Made by a program: the position numbers and the translations under genes | IMG/VR virus record: IMGVR_UViG_3300038312_000327 | Coordinates: 11,782 to 75,781 of that record | DNA from: a virus | Taxonomy: Duplodnaviria; Caudoviricetes | DNA length: 64,000 nucleotides | Direction: 5' to 3' (one strand) | The notes under the pieces: model-generated | What the model saw: the letters and a program-made list of their open reading frames with translations, nothing else | Database searches by the model: none | What the model was told of the DNA's origin: nothing | Shown here: piece after piece, positions 27,631 through 36,998 of the stretch | Numbering within the stretch: position 1 is the first letter of the stretch | How the letters are laid out: the number at the start of each line of letters is the position of its first letter

Positions 27631-28158
27631 ATGATTAAAGAATTTGTACAACTCGAAACGAACACAATAACTGAACAGCCGCTAAAAATACCATTCGATT
27701 TCAGTAACAGGGAAAGCCTGCCGTCGGGCAAGGATCCAGGAGATTGTATTGTGATTTCACCGATAACGGTACGTACGTGGTTTAAACTGAAACCTCTTTT
27801 GCTGTCGATCAACAAATCTGATTTTGATAAGATCGTAGCTAAAGAAGATCCACTTCCGGAAGCTGAGTTAACCGGGATCATTTCAAAGTATGATGATCTT
27901 CTAATTGATATTCTCTGTATCGGTATCCATAACAAAAAGAGTGATCCCCCGGCATGGTTTAGGGAAGTACTGAAAGACAATTGCACCTGGAAAGACATCT
28001 ACATCCTGTTGAATGCGATTCTCTTTCGTATAGGTTATAACCCTTTTTGCAAATCTATCACGACCGTTCAGAGCGTGAGCCCGATGGACGAAGCGGAGAT
28101 AATAGCCGCTCGAAGAAATCTCGAAAGCTGGATGAAGACAGACCAGTCAGCGGAGTAA
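27631..28158 (+). CDS. Tail assembly chaperone (G)
   Basis: Position after tube; in-frame slippery heptamer C CCT TTT at 28041-28047. Confidence 0.65.
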   Translation: MIKEFVQLETNTITEQPLKIPFDFSNRESLPSGKDPGDCIVISPITVRTWFKLKPLLLSINKSDFDKIVAKEDPLPEAELTGIISKYDDLLIDILCIGIHNKKSDPPAWFREVLKDNCTWKDIYILLNAILFRIGYNPFCKSITTVQSVSPMDEAEIIAARRNLESWMKTDQSAE

Positions 28159-28418
28159 TGTTCCTTGTGAATGCCCAGGAGGCGCTTGGTTTAACATACG
28201 GACAAACTCTCGACAGTAGCCTTACCCTTATCCGGGCGATGCTGTCAGAATATTCTTACATGTGGAATGAGCGCAATAAAGAAGAAAAGACCGGGGAAGA
28301 TGAGGGCGGTGAATTTGAATGGATAGAACTTCCCGATTGGGATGATCCATCAAAAACCAACCGGGTGAAGAAATACAAGGACGTTGGGAAATTCATACGG
28401 GCAGAAAAGAATATATAA
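28158..28418 (+). CDS. Tail assembly chaperone T segment (-1 frame open from 28041)
   Basis: TAATG overlap with G; reading frame is -1 relative to G. Confidence 0.6.
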   Translation: MFLVNAQEALGLTYGQTLDSSLTLIRAMLSEYSYMWNERNKEEKTGEDEGGEFEWIELPDWDDPSKTNRVKKYKDVGKFIRAEKNI

Positions 28419-28481
28419 GTTATATTTTAAATTGTCCCATTTCAAACTGTGATTCATATTGGTTTTATTTAGTTATTGTCA

Positions 28482-28514
28482 GGCCGGTTGTTCGTGAGAA
28501 TAGCCGGCTTTTTT
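28482..28514 (+). terminator. Intrinsic terminator
   Basis: GCCGGTTGTTC...GAATAGCCGGC + T-tract. Confidence 0.7.
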
Positions 28515-28561
28515 ATCCCGAAAATAACGATCGGGTATATTTTAATAGAAACAAATTAAGC

Positions 28562-29035
28562 ATGGAAAAAATTTTCACACAATTAGGGAGTGCACTGCAT
28601 ACCGCTTATGGTTGGTTTATTGCATTAATGGTATCCGCTTTTACATTCATTCAGCCTGAGATTTGGAGTTTTGTTGTTGTAGGATGCGCAATCTTATCCG
28701 ATTTGGGCTGGGGTATTGCCGCAGCAATAAAATTGAAGAAATTCATCCTTTCAAAAGCTCTTCGAGAGACATTCAAGAAAATCGGGATCTATGCCTTTGC
28801 GCTTGTGGGAACATTTGCAATCGAAAGGATAACACATGATCAAGGGAGTTTTATCGCGGTAAAAACGATAGCACTGTTCGCGGCTGTGTGTGAGTTCTGG
28901 AGTATGTCTGCAAGTATGTTGATAGTAAAGCCGGATATGCCATTCCTTAAGCTATTTCGTGGCCAGCTAAAGGGCGAAATTCAATCAAAAGTGAGTAAGA
29001 ATGTGAATCTGGATGAAATTCTTAAGGACGAATGA
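28562..29035 (+). CDS. Holin
   Basis: Several TM segments, charged C-terminus, directly upstream of lysin. Confidence 0.8.
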   Translation: MEKIFTQLGSALHTAYGWFIALMVSAFTFIQPEIWSFVVVGCAILSDLGWGIAAAIKLKKFILSKALRETFKKIGIYAFALVGTFAIERITHDQGSFIAVKTIALFAAVCEFWSMSASMLIVKPDMPFLKLFRGQLKGEIQSKVSKNVNLDEILKDE

Positions 29036-29616
29036 ATTGCAGTAGATTTTATAAGGCAGTACAGGCCGAGTTCTTCAATGGCCGGTTAAGTCAGCAACAG
29101 ACTGATGGGATGGCCGCCATCCTTGAAAGATGGAATTGGAGCAGTTTTACGGACCTCAGGTGGCTTGCCTATATATTTGGCACTGTTTACCATGAAACAG
29201 CCCGCACGATGGCGCCTATCGAAGAATACGGCAAAGGAAAAGGTCGGAGATACGGAAAGAAGATCAAGCAATCTGGCCAACCATATACGACACCAGATCA
29301 TATCTACTATGGCCGGGGATATGTGCAGCTTACCTGGTTCGAAAACTACGACAGGATGGGCCGGATACTGGGTATCCCATTGCTTCAGCATCCTGAGCTC
29401 GCTCTGGTGCCTGAGCATGCGGCAGATATCATGTTTGAAGGCATGACAAAGAGCGTGTCGTTTAAAGGTGATTTTACTGGACACTACCTTGAACAGTATT
29501 TTAATGATACAATGGAAGATTGGATCAATGCCCGCCGGATCATTAATGGCCTTGATCGGGCCGAACTGATTGCTGGATATGCTAAAAGGTTTCACGAAAT
29601 ACTTAAATCATCATGA
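29032..29616 (+). CDS. Endolysin, glycoside hydrolase family 19
   Basis: HETA...IEEYG and YYGRGYVQLTWFENY motifs. Confidence 0.9.
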   Translation: MNCSRFYKAVQAEFFNGRLSQQQTDGMAAILERWNWSSFTDLRWLAYIFGTVYHETARTMAPIEEYGKGKGRRYGKKIKQSGQPYTTPDHIYYGRGYVQLTWFENYDRMGRILGIPLLQHPELALVPEHAADIMFEGMTKSVSFKGDFTGHYLEQYFNDTMEDWINARRIINGLDRAELIAGYAKRFHEILKSS

Positions 29617-30119
29617 AGAAATATATACTCATAACACTTGCCTTCATCTTGCTTGCCTGTGGTTCAAAGAAGATATCCACGAACTCGAATATCAAGGAAA
29701 AAACTGAATTCGATTTGAAAAATAACAGTGTTTCCAGTTCAAAGGTGGATTTGGAAAAGCAATATACTAATGCTACAACGAACGAGAGGATTGTGACTAT
29801 GTACGGAGTCCGATTTGACACGATCCAAGTGGCCGGTAAGCCCTATATCATCCCGATATCTTTCCCCACTCAGAAAGAGGAAAACAGGGATATTAACGTT
29901 GAAAATTACTTGTGGCGTATGAATACACGGGATAGCATTCAAAATGCTGTTCAATTAGAGTTTAAGGGTATACTCGAGGAAAAGGAGAAGAAAATTACTG
30001 AGCTAAAAGAATCCACAATAATTTATCAAATAGCGTTACTTATCCTCTCAATTTTAGGAATTGTAATGCTTGTTTTATATTTTATAGCAAAGATTAAAGC
30101 CAAAAGAATATTGTTCTGA
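29613..30119 (+). CDS. Probable unimolecular spanin
   Basis: N-terminal lipobox LLA-CGS and C-terminal TM helix; follows lysin. Confidence 0.7.
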   Translation: MKKYILITLAFILLACGSKKISTNSNIKEKTEFDLKNNSVSSSKVDLEKQYTNATTNERIVTMYGVRFDTIQVAGKPYIIPISFPTQKEENRDINVENYLWRMNTRDSIQNAVQLEFKGILEEKEKKITELKESTIIYQIALLILSILGIVMLVLYFIAKIKAKRILF

Positions 30120-30141
30120 TTTGCTCATGTTGTTGTTTGTT

Positions 30142-30172
30142 GCCCCTCGTTCGTGTAGCGAGGGGTTTTCTA
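30142..30172 (+). terminator. Terminator ending lysis cassette
   Basis: CCCCTCG-loop-CGAGGGG + TTTT. Confidence 0.7.
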
Positions 30173-30175
30173 TTG

Positions 30176-31456
30176 TTACTCGTCCATTTCCTGTGTTAAT
30201 CTTTGAGCAACAGCTTTATCTAATAGATTTTTCACTAATCCCTCTAGATTTTTATTTTTTACTATAGCCGAAAAAGTCATTGCTCCCATTTCAATGAACA
30301 GTTTTCCCATTAATTCATCAGCGAAACTACTTGATACAACTGGAACTCCGTCCCAATCAACAACAATTGGGAGTCCTTTCTTTGCTGTTAACAAATTTAA
30401 AATTTTATTCCTAATTTGTAGTCCTGATTTTCTGGATCCAAACCCTGTTGACTCTTCTTTCATTCTAAGTAAAAGGCAATTGGATTCAGGAACTTCATAT
30501 TTAAGATCAATTATATCCAGAGGATAATAATTTTCAAAATTATCAAAGCTTAAAGCTTCCGAAATTGAAAAATCATCAACAATATTTATTTCACCACTAA
30601 CTAAAGTTCCATCGTATCCAGCAGGACTTAAACGTTTTCTAGTTGTTTTATTATCTGTGATAGTCAGCCTTCCATTTCCACTAAGAATTTCAAGGGAGCC
30701 CCCAGTCATAGTCGTAATTCTTAAGGATCCTGCAAGTCCATTTCCTTGCCCAATTTTGGAATTTCTTGTAACACCCGCTTTGATTGCCTCTCCTATTGCG
30801 TCTAACTCTGTTCTAAGCTCCGGGTATCCTTCTTGCATAGATTTCAGTATACCTATCCCTGAATCTGATACAGCGAATAAAATCTTATTTTCTTTATAGT
30901 GAGTGCTTGCTTGAATAATTCCTCCGTGTTTAGATTCAGAATGATTCAATACATTATCTGTTATTTCATTTATAGACCATTCAAGACCAGATGTGATATC
31001 TTTAGGAATTCTCATCGTCCTTAACACAACATCCATAAAGTCATTCACTGATTTTTGCTGTTCTTCTGCATTCTCGAAACGTCTAGTAACTAGATGTCTG
31101 TCATAAATTGAATCTGACTTTTCGAACTGATCGGGAGATAAATAGTGAGCCCAGTTAACTGATCTGAATAACTTTCTCGTTTCATAATCTAGAGGAAGAC
31201 GAACTTCAACTTTAACACCCGTCTCTCTTAAATCATCGATAATACAAATTACCGGTAACATTCCGTCTGCAAATACTTTTTTAACATACATGAAATCTAC
31301 TACTACTGAATCAAACTTCAGTTGTTTGAAATAATTAACTGCAGAGCTAAATTGCAAGACTGAATACGTATTTATTTTATTAGTGAAAAAGACGATGCTA
31401 TTATGTTTTCTGATATAACGACAATTCGAATATCTTTGAAATGAAGTGTTTCGCAT
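30176..31456 (-). CDS. STAS-like + HATPase + DUF4325-like fusion (cargo gene)
   Basis: EITDNVLNHS (N box), DSGIGI (G1), GQGNGL (G2); C-terminal DWDGVPVVSSSFADEL; TATTTTTG promoter at 31486-31493. Confidence 0.75.
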   Translation of the reverse strand: MRNTSFQRYSNCRYIRKHNSIVFFTNKINTYSVLQFSSAVNYFKQLKFDSVVVDFMYVKKVFADGMLPVICIIDDLRETGVKVEVRLPLDYETRKLFRSVNWAHYLSPDQFEKSDSIYDRHLVTRRFENAEEQQKSVNDFMDVVLRTMRIPKDITSGLEWSINEITDNVLNHSESKHGGIIQASTHYKENKILFAVSDSGIGILKSMQEGYPELRTELDAIGEAIKAGVTRNSKIGQGNGLAGSLRITTMTGGSLEILSGNGRLTITDNKTTRKRLSPAGYDGTLVSGEINIVDDFSISEALSFDNFENYYPLDIIDLKYEVPESNCLLLRMKEESTGFGSRKSGLQIRNKILNLLTAKKGLPIVVDWDGVPVVSSSFADELMGKLFIEMGAMTFSAIVKNKNLEGLVKNLLDKAVAQRLTQEMDE

Positions 31457-31497
31457 ACTGAAAGAGTGTATTAATAGTTAATTCACAAAAATACACA

Positions 31498-31980
31498 TTA
31501 TTTTAAATAAATCTTCATTTCATCAATCGCTTCTTTCACACTTCGGACGACTATGTATTTGCTCCCGCAATTCTCAGCTTGTTTCTGGAACTCTTTCTGT
31601 TCCGGAGATTGCTTACCTGTCTTTGTCTTGAACTCGAGGCAAAGGCTCGCAAAACCGCCTTTTGGCACTAGTAGAATGACGTCGGCTACACCACTCTTCA
31701 CGCCTTGTCGTTTCAGGTTTGCAGCTTCGATTTTATTCCGGGAGCCGCCATTAGGTACGCTGAATAAAAGTTTATCCGGAATTTGCGGAAAAAACAGTTT
31801 CACTCGATTGAAAAACTCGCTTTGAATATCAGCTTCCTCGCTTGAGTTTCTTCGTTTCTTCTTCTCCGCTGCATCCTTTTTATCCATGTAGCATTGATAA
31901 CATATATAGCCGGTATCGGCAGAAATAACCGAAACTGTTTCTTTTTTACAGGATATACAGGTTTGTTTATTCGGGGACAT
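31498..31980 (-). CDS. VRR-NUC domain nuclease
   Basis: VPNGG...GVKSGVADVIL...LEFKTKTGKQSPEQKEF. Confidence 0.88.
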   Translation of the reverse strand: MSPNKQTCISCKKETVSVISADTGYICYQCYMDKKDAAEKKKRRNSSEEADIQSEFFNRVKLFFPQIPDKLLFSVPNGGSRNKIEAANLKRQGVKSGVADVILLVPKGGFASLCLEFKTKTGKQSPEQKEFQKQAENCGSKYIVVRSVKEAIDEMKIYLK

Positions 31981-32018
31981 TTATTTACTTTTGGGGTAAA
32001 ATATAAATTATATTTACC

Positions 32019-32615
32019 ATGAAAAAAGGATGGATTATTCTTATCATATTTTCAATCTTATTGACTGTTTGTTTGTATTTCTATCAATTTAACAAAGGGC
32101 TATCAATCAATTCCAGTGATTGGGGAAGCTTCGGAGACTACGTGAACGGGGTTTTATCACCAATTCTCACGATTGTTAATATTTGGGTTTTTGTGAGATT
32201 GACTCAAGTAATTAATTCAAGTGATAAGAAACAAAAAGAGAATGAATTGTTACATCAAAAGAAGCTTGTATTTATACAAATACTTCAAAATGAATTAGAT
32301 AAATTTTCCTCGATTATAAATGTAAAAATAATATATCATCCTGATGATAAAACTGGGTATCTTGTTTATCAAGCAAAATCATTCCTGACGTCGTTTGTTG
32401 AAACAAAAAGTAAACTATTTCCTATTATTGATAGTGTCAAATTTGAAAAAGTATATAATGATTTATCAATAGCATTAACAAAATATCAGGAAACATATAG
32501 CCCGGCCACATTAGCTGGAAGAGAAGAAGTTGTCAGCCTAATACAAGAGCTAACAGAAAATATAAATGCTATCAATTCAATGTTACAAGAATTTGTACTA
32601 TCCGAAATTCAATAA
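32019..32615 (+). CDS. Membrane protein (cargo gene, Abi-like N-terminus)
   Basis: Two TM segments flanking DWGSFGDY; AT-rich; opposite strand to operon. Confidence 0.6.
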   Translation: MKKGWIILIIFSILLTVCLYFYQFNKGLSINSSDWGSFGDYVNGVLSPILTIVNIWVFVRLTQVINSSDKKQKENELLHQKKLVFIQILQNELDKFSSIINVKIIYHPDDKTGYLVYQAKSFLTSFVETKSKLFPIIDSVKFEKVYNDLSIALTKYQETYSPATLAGREEVVSLIQELTENINAINSMLQEFVLSEIQ

Positions 32616-32620
32616 AATGC

Positions 32621-32914
32621 TCACCTTACTTGTTCAATTACATCATAACCTAATGCAACAGCGATATCCCTTTCAATTCTGGCCCCTCTGGAATCTTTCC
32701 AATTACTCAATAGGTAGATAGTATTACATTCCATCAGAAGCTTGATATCAGCCTTCATGTGATGTTCCCATTTGTCATTTTGTGACAAACCGTTATTTAA
32801 AGGGTTAACAACTTTAAACCCTTTCTCTTCAAGTCTGTTTTGAGCATTGTAGAAATTGTCCTCTACTTCCTCAAATGGCAGTCCTGTGATCTTACCTGAT
32901 ATATAGATTTTCAT
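32621..32914 (-). CDS. DUF4406/NDT-like phage protein
   Basis: IYISGKITG...VVNP...SRGARIE motif. Confidence 0.8.
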   Translation of the reverse strand: MKIYISGKITGLPFEEVEDNFYNAQNRLEEKGFKVVNPLNNGLSQNDKWEHHMKADIKLLMECNTIYLLSNWKDSRGARIERDIAVALGYDVIEQVR

Positions 32915-33480
32915 TTCACTCTGTCCCATTCACTTTCCATGATCGTATATCCGCACTTATCGCACTCATGAATATATGTCATAAATGGAGAAGTATTCTT
33001 TACTTTTGCACACTGAATCTGTCCACATTCAGGGCATATAATTTCCTCATAATTTTTATTCCAAAACCTCAATTTACCTTTCACTTTCAGTAATGGTTTA
33101 TCAAATAAAATAGGATCTGCAACGACCCAGTTCCAAACGCATTTGTCATCAAGCTGATCTGGCAAAGATGTCTCTTCCGCCCAAATACTCGGATGATTGA
33201 CTACACAATCCACAAATCGAACTGAGCCGATAATGGCAGAAATAATTGGCAACTCATCAATTATTTTTCTTGCTTGTTTTTCAGGAATAGCCATCCATTG
33301 CTCTTTTGTAAACAAATCATCAGATAATGGGTGTAGTTTAAATGCAGGTTTCGCACTCGCATGAATCAACACCCTTTTTCCTCTGTATTTTTCTGGTAGC
33401 TTCCACGTTCTGTTCTCTATGTCTTTAATCCCGGCACACAAAAGGTATGCCCAAGGCTGTTTTACTGTTATTACTTTCAT
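32911..33480 (-). CDS. ASCH domain protein
   Basis: TVKQPWA...KDIENRTW...LIHAS. Confidence 0.85.
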   Translation of the reverse strand: MKVITVKQPWAYLLCAGIKDIENRTWKLPEKYRGKRVLIHASAKPAFKLHPLSDDLFTKEQWMAIPEKQARKIIDELPIISAIIGSVRFVDCVVNHPSIWAEETSLPDQLDDKCVWNWVVADPILFDKPLLKVKGKLRFWNKNYEEIICPECGQIQCAKVKNTSPFMTYIHECDKCGYTIMESEWDRVK

Positions 33481-33571
33481 TTCTTTATCTATTAAATTAC
33501 AACATCATCACTCAGGCTGTAAACGATATGCCGCTTGACAAACAGCCTCCATCTTGCTTTTAGTCGTGGTT

Positions 33572-33811
33572 TCATTGCTTTACCTCCTCCCATCGATAAA
33601 TCGAATTACATGTCTTAAATGTATTTTCGTCGATTATTTCCTTTACGAAACTTGTGCGGAACCATCCGCCAACCCAAAAGCATTTACCGACTTCCGGTTT
33701 GCCGTAAAAAGGACCTGTTACTGTATATCCAGTTTCTATATTATTCTGGTGGATTGCGTCGGGCAATTCGTCTAATTTTGTCAATTTGATTTGAATTTCG
33801 TTCATTATCAC
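33572..33811 (-). CDS. Phage hypothetical protein
   Basis: Coupled ORF in early operon. Confidence 0.6.
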   Translation of the reverse strand: MIMNEIQIKLTKLDELPDAIHQNNIETGYTVTGPFYGKPEVGKCFWVGGWFRTSFVKEIIDENTFKTCNSIYRWEEVKQ

Positions 33812-34110
33812 TTATTTAATTCACTCAATACATTCATCCAAAACTCTTCTATATCTTCAATATTCCATGAGCCAGGGTGTCTTTTGTATTCTTCCATATC
33901 AACCCATAGAGTACGATTAAGCATCAACTTTACGGCGATTTCGGCACATTGCACAGCACGACCAATTTTCATTAATTCACCCTCATATTGAGCAGACGGG
34001 CATTCATCCGTTCTGTTCGTTGAAGTCCATCCAGAAACAAAGTTGTAATACTCTTTTATGAGTTCTTTTGCTTTCTCTTTAGCGGCTTCTTTTATTTCTT
34101 CCTGTGTCAT
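33808..34110 (-). CDS. Phage hypothetical protein
   Basis: Coupled ORF in early operon. Confidence 0.6.
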   Translation of the reverse strand: MTQEEIKEAAKEKAKELIKEYYNFVSGWTSTNRTDECPSAQYEGELMKIGRAVQCAEIAVKLMLNRTLWVDMEEYKRHPGSWNIEDIEEFWMNVLSELNK

Positions 34111-34123
34111 AGCCTTTGTATTT

Positions 34124-34357
34124 CTATCTTGTCAATGGAAATTCATATTTCTCATAAAATATACTGTCCGCCTCTCTGAACTGATCCGTGAAACGGTTTG
34201 GCTCATTCCTGTCCCGGTAGTCGGTAATCGACATACTACGGATGCCGTAACCTGGAAGAATGAAGCTAAATCTGTTTGTCTTGTAGATGAAAATAATCAG
34301 TCCGGTAGATATGATCAATAAAATGATGATCAGTATTGTTTTGAATTTTTCCTTCAT
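34124..34357 (-). CDS. Small membrane-anchored phage protein
   Basis: N-terminal hydrophobic helix. Confidence 0.55.
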   Translation of the reverse strand: MKEKFKTILIIILLIISTGLIIFIYKTNRFSFILPGYGIRSMSITDYRDRNEPNRFTDQFREADSIFYEKYEFPLTR

Positions 34358-34587
34358 AATTGTTTTATTTGCTTTAATTCGTTTAATTCTCTTTCAACTA
34401 CTACTAACCGTTTCAGTATCGGCTTCAGTTTTCTGTGCTCAGCTTCGTACATGAATTTATAATAATCACACTCAGACCGGATACGCTCATTTTCGGATTG
34501 TTCTTTTGTGGCAAATCTTCCGTTCGAAATACGGTTGTAGACACGTTTTGATGTCTTGTTTTCAAAAAATGATAGTTGTAAGTCCAT
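34354..34587 (-). CDS. Phage hypothetical protein
   Basis: Coupled ORF. Confidence 0.55.
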   Translation of the reverse strand: MDLQLSFFENKTSKRVYNRISNGRFATKEQSENERIRSECDYYKFMYEAEHRKLKPILKRLVVVERELNELKQIKQL

Positions 34588-34588
34588 T

Positions 34589-35053
34589 TTAATAATTTTT
34601 CAATCTCAACTTCGTTTCAGGCTGTAACCCTACTCTCAGCCTGAATTTCTCATTCTTAATTGTTTCATTCCGCTTCCGGTGTACACGCTCGATTAATTCA
34701 GGATTATTCTTCATTGCTGGTACATGCCCTGGCTTGAACTGGTACATTTCACCCCCGGGAACACTCCATCCTTTTTGTCCTTTCGTCGGATTTGGACTAC
34801 GGGCATCCCTTGCCATTTGTGAGATTTTCTTCCTGTTTTTATCCAGGAACGCAGGTTCTTTCTCTAATCCGAGTTCCCGGGCTTTGCGGATCATAGTCCT
34901 CATACTAACCCCAAGTTCATAAGCTAAATCACGGTTAAACGAAGTAGCAAATTTTGAAGTTATGATATCTACCATTTCATCGGTCCACTCAATACCAGTT
35001 ATCCTTCTTTTTGACGGAATAATTGTAGGAATATAGAGTTCGTAGTAGTGCAT
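34589..35053 (-). CDS. Phage protein, HTH-like with FKPGH motif
   Basis: ELGVSMRTMIRKARELGL; resembles N-terminal part of phage HNH proteins, no HNH motif seen. Confidence 0.55.
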   Translation of the reverse strand: MHYYELYIPTIIPSKRRITGIEWTDEMVDIITSKFATSFNRDLAYELGVSMRTMIRKARELGLEKEPAFLDKNRKKISQMARDARSPNPTKGQKGWSVPGGEMYQFKPGHVPAMKNNPELIERVHRKRNETIKNEKFRLRVGLQPETKLRLKNY

Positions 35054-35063
35054 GACAAATAAA

Positions 35064-35319
35064 TTATTTTATGTTTTTTAATTTATCCCAGTAGTCACAG
35101 GCCATAGAATCGTTAATTTCTAATTTGGTCATGAATTCATGAATTCCGTGGTGAACACTTGCAGCTGAATAGCCAAACATTTTACCTATTTTAGGCTCTG
35201 AAAAACGCTTTCTTCTGCTCAAATAATAATATGCAGCAAAACGTGCCCAGGCATATTCTGGCTGCCGTGTCCTTATCGACACATCAATGCCGAGTAATTC
35301 AGAAAGTTTCTTTATCATC
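35064..35319 (-). CDS. HTH protein (DnaA C-terminal-like)
   Basis: ARFAAYYYL...FSEPKIGKMFGYSAASVHHG. Confidence 0.55.
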
Positions 35320-36987
35320 GTTATTATCTTTTTGATTGAATAAATTGGCCACAAGATCAACTATGTTTTCAGGAATTTCTTCAGTGCTTCCAGTAACGGC
35401 GTTGGCAATTCCTTTTTTCATCTGAATGATCTGATACACCTTTTCATCGATTGTATTGCGACCGAGAAAATAATAGCACGTAACGCTGTCTTTTTGACCG
35501 ATACGGTGCGCTCTGTCCTCGCATTGCACGCAATCCGCATAAGTCCATGGGAATTCTATAAATGCCACGTTCGAAGCTGCTGTGAGCGTTAAACCCACGC
35601 CTGCAGCTTTGATGGAACAGATGATTATATCCGTTTCCGGATTGTTCTGAAAACTATCGACTGCAGCTTGCTTTTCATTTTGATTCTCGCGACCGGTTAC
35701 CGATACTGCTTTCGGAAATGCTTTTTTAAGTCCGTCCACTACTTCATGAAGTGAGCAAAACAAAATGATTTTTTGATTGTTTTCCCGGAAGTCCTGAACG
35801 AATTCAACTACTTCCTTAATCTTTCCACGTGCCGAGATCTGACGCAAAATATTGATGCGAACCATTACTTCACCCCTGAGCGCTCTCTGTATCTTTTCAT
35901 CCGTTGCATCCTTGTATTTGATAAGGTATGAAATCAAATCCTTTTCGGCATCCTGATATTCCTTTCTGTTCGTTATTTCACAAATCATTGTTTGGCGAAC
36001 CTTGTCGGGCAAATCCTTCAATACTTCATGCTTTTCACGACGGAACATGGATTTATGCCATAGATTGTAGTTTAATTCTTTCAGGTTGCTTGCCTCATTG
36101 GGTCCGGAGCAATAGCGCTGAACGAAATGCTTGTAACCGCCAAAGTCTTCCATTCGTCCGAGAATAGACAATTGAGCGACTAAATCTTTCGGCTTATTTA
36201 CTACCGGTGTACCTGTGAGTTGAACAACATACTCCTTGCCGGCGCTGATTCCTTTTGTGAATTTGGCCTGCTGTGTGGCTGAACTTTTGCATTTATGGCT
36301 TTCGTCAATAATTACAGATTTGAAAAGATTTATCGTTTGCCTGAATTCCACATCACGTAATGTCCACCGTTCGGCTTTTTTAATGCGCAGAACGAAGTAT
36401 TTTTTCAGTGATTCATAGTTGACGATGAAAACCTGATACAATCCGGTTTGCCAAAAAAAAGGCCAACTTTCTTTCACGCTATCGGTGAGAATCATCGCTT
36501 TTTTATCAGTAAATTTGTGCCACTCCCGCTCCCAGTTGATTTTGAGAGCAGATGGACAAATAACAAGGCATGGAAAAGCATCAGCGAGATTGATCGTTGC
36601 GATTGATTGTAATGTTTTGCCCAACCCAGGGGCATCGGCATTTATAAACCGCTTTAACTCCAACCCGCGACTAATACCTTCCAACTGATATGGATAGGGT
36701 TGTATTTTCAATCCGTGTGGAATTTCAAGCTGCTTTAGCTTTGGTAAATCATAAACAACATCCTCGACGGTTTTCGGCGTATTGCCATTCATCCATTCAA
36801 CCGGTCCGAAATACTTTGCGTAACCGGCAAAACGGTTCAATTGCTCATGGGAAGATTTTGGGACAGTCCATTCTTTTGTTCTGCCATCAAACCTTCTGCC
36901 ATCGATTCTTTTAATCTGATCGATTAGTTTGGGATGATATTTTACCGCAATACGATAAAAACCGCGAGGATCTTCTGTGATTGTCAT
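35299..36987 (-). CDS. SNF2/HARP-family helicase
   Basis: ADAPGLGKT, IIDESH, LTGTP, GVGLTLTAA, QCEDRAHRIGQ. Confidence 0.92.
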   Translation of the reverse strand: MTITEDPRGFYRIAVKYHPKLIDQIKRIDGRRFDGRTKEWTVPKSSHEQLNRFAGYAKYFGPVEWMNGNTPKTVEDVVYDLPKLKQLEIPHGLKIQPYPYQLEGISRGLELKRFINADAPGLGKTLQSIATINLADAFPCLVICPSALKINWEREWHKFTDKKAMILTDSVKESWPFFWQTGLYQVFIVNYESLKKYFVLRIKKAERWTLRDVEFRQTINLFKSVIIDESHKCKSSATQQAKFTKGISAGKEYVVQLTGTPVVNKPKDLVAQLSILGRMEDFGGYKHFVQRYCSGPNEASNLKELNYNLWHKSMFRREKHEVLKDLPDKVRQTMICEITNRKEYQDAEKDLISYLIKYKDATDEKIQRALRGEVMVRINILRQISARGKIKEVVEFVQDFRENNQKIILFCSLHEVVDGLKKAFPKAVSVTGRENQNEKQAAVDSFQNNPETDIIICSIKAAGVGLTLTAASNVAFIEFPWTYADCVQCEDRAHRIGQKDSVTCYYFLGRNTIDEKVYQIIQMKKGIANAVTGSTEEIPENIVDLVANLFNQKDNNDDKETF

Positions 36988-36998
36988 AAGGAGTCGAG

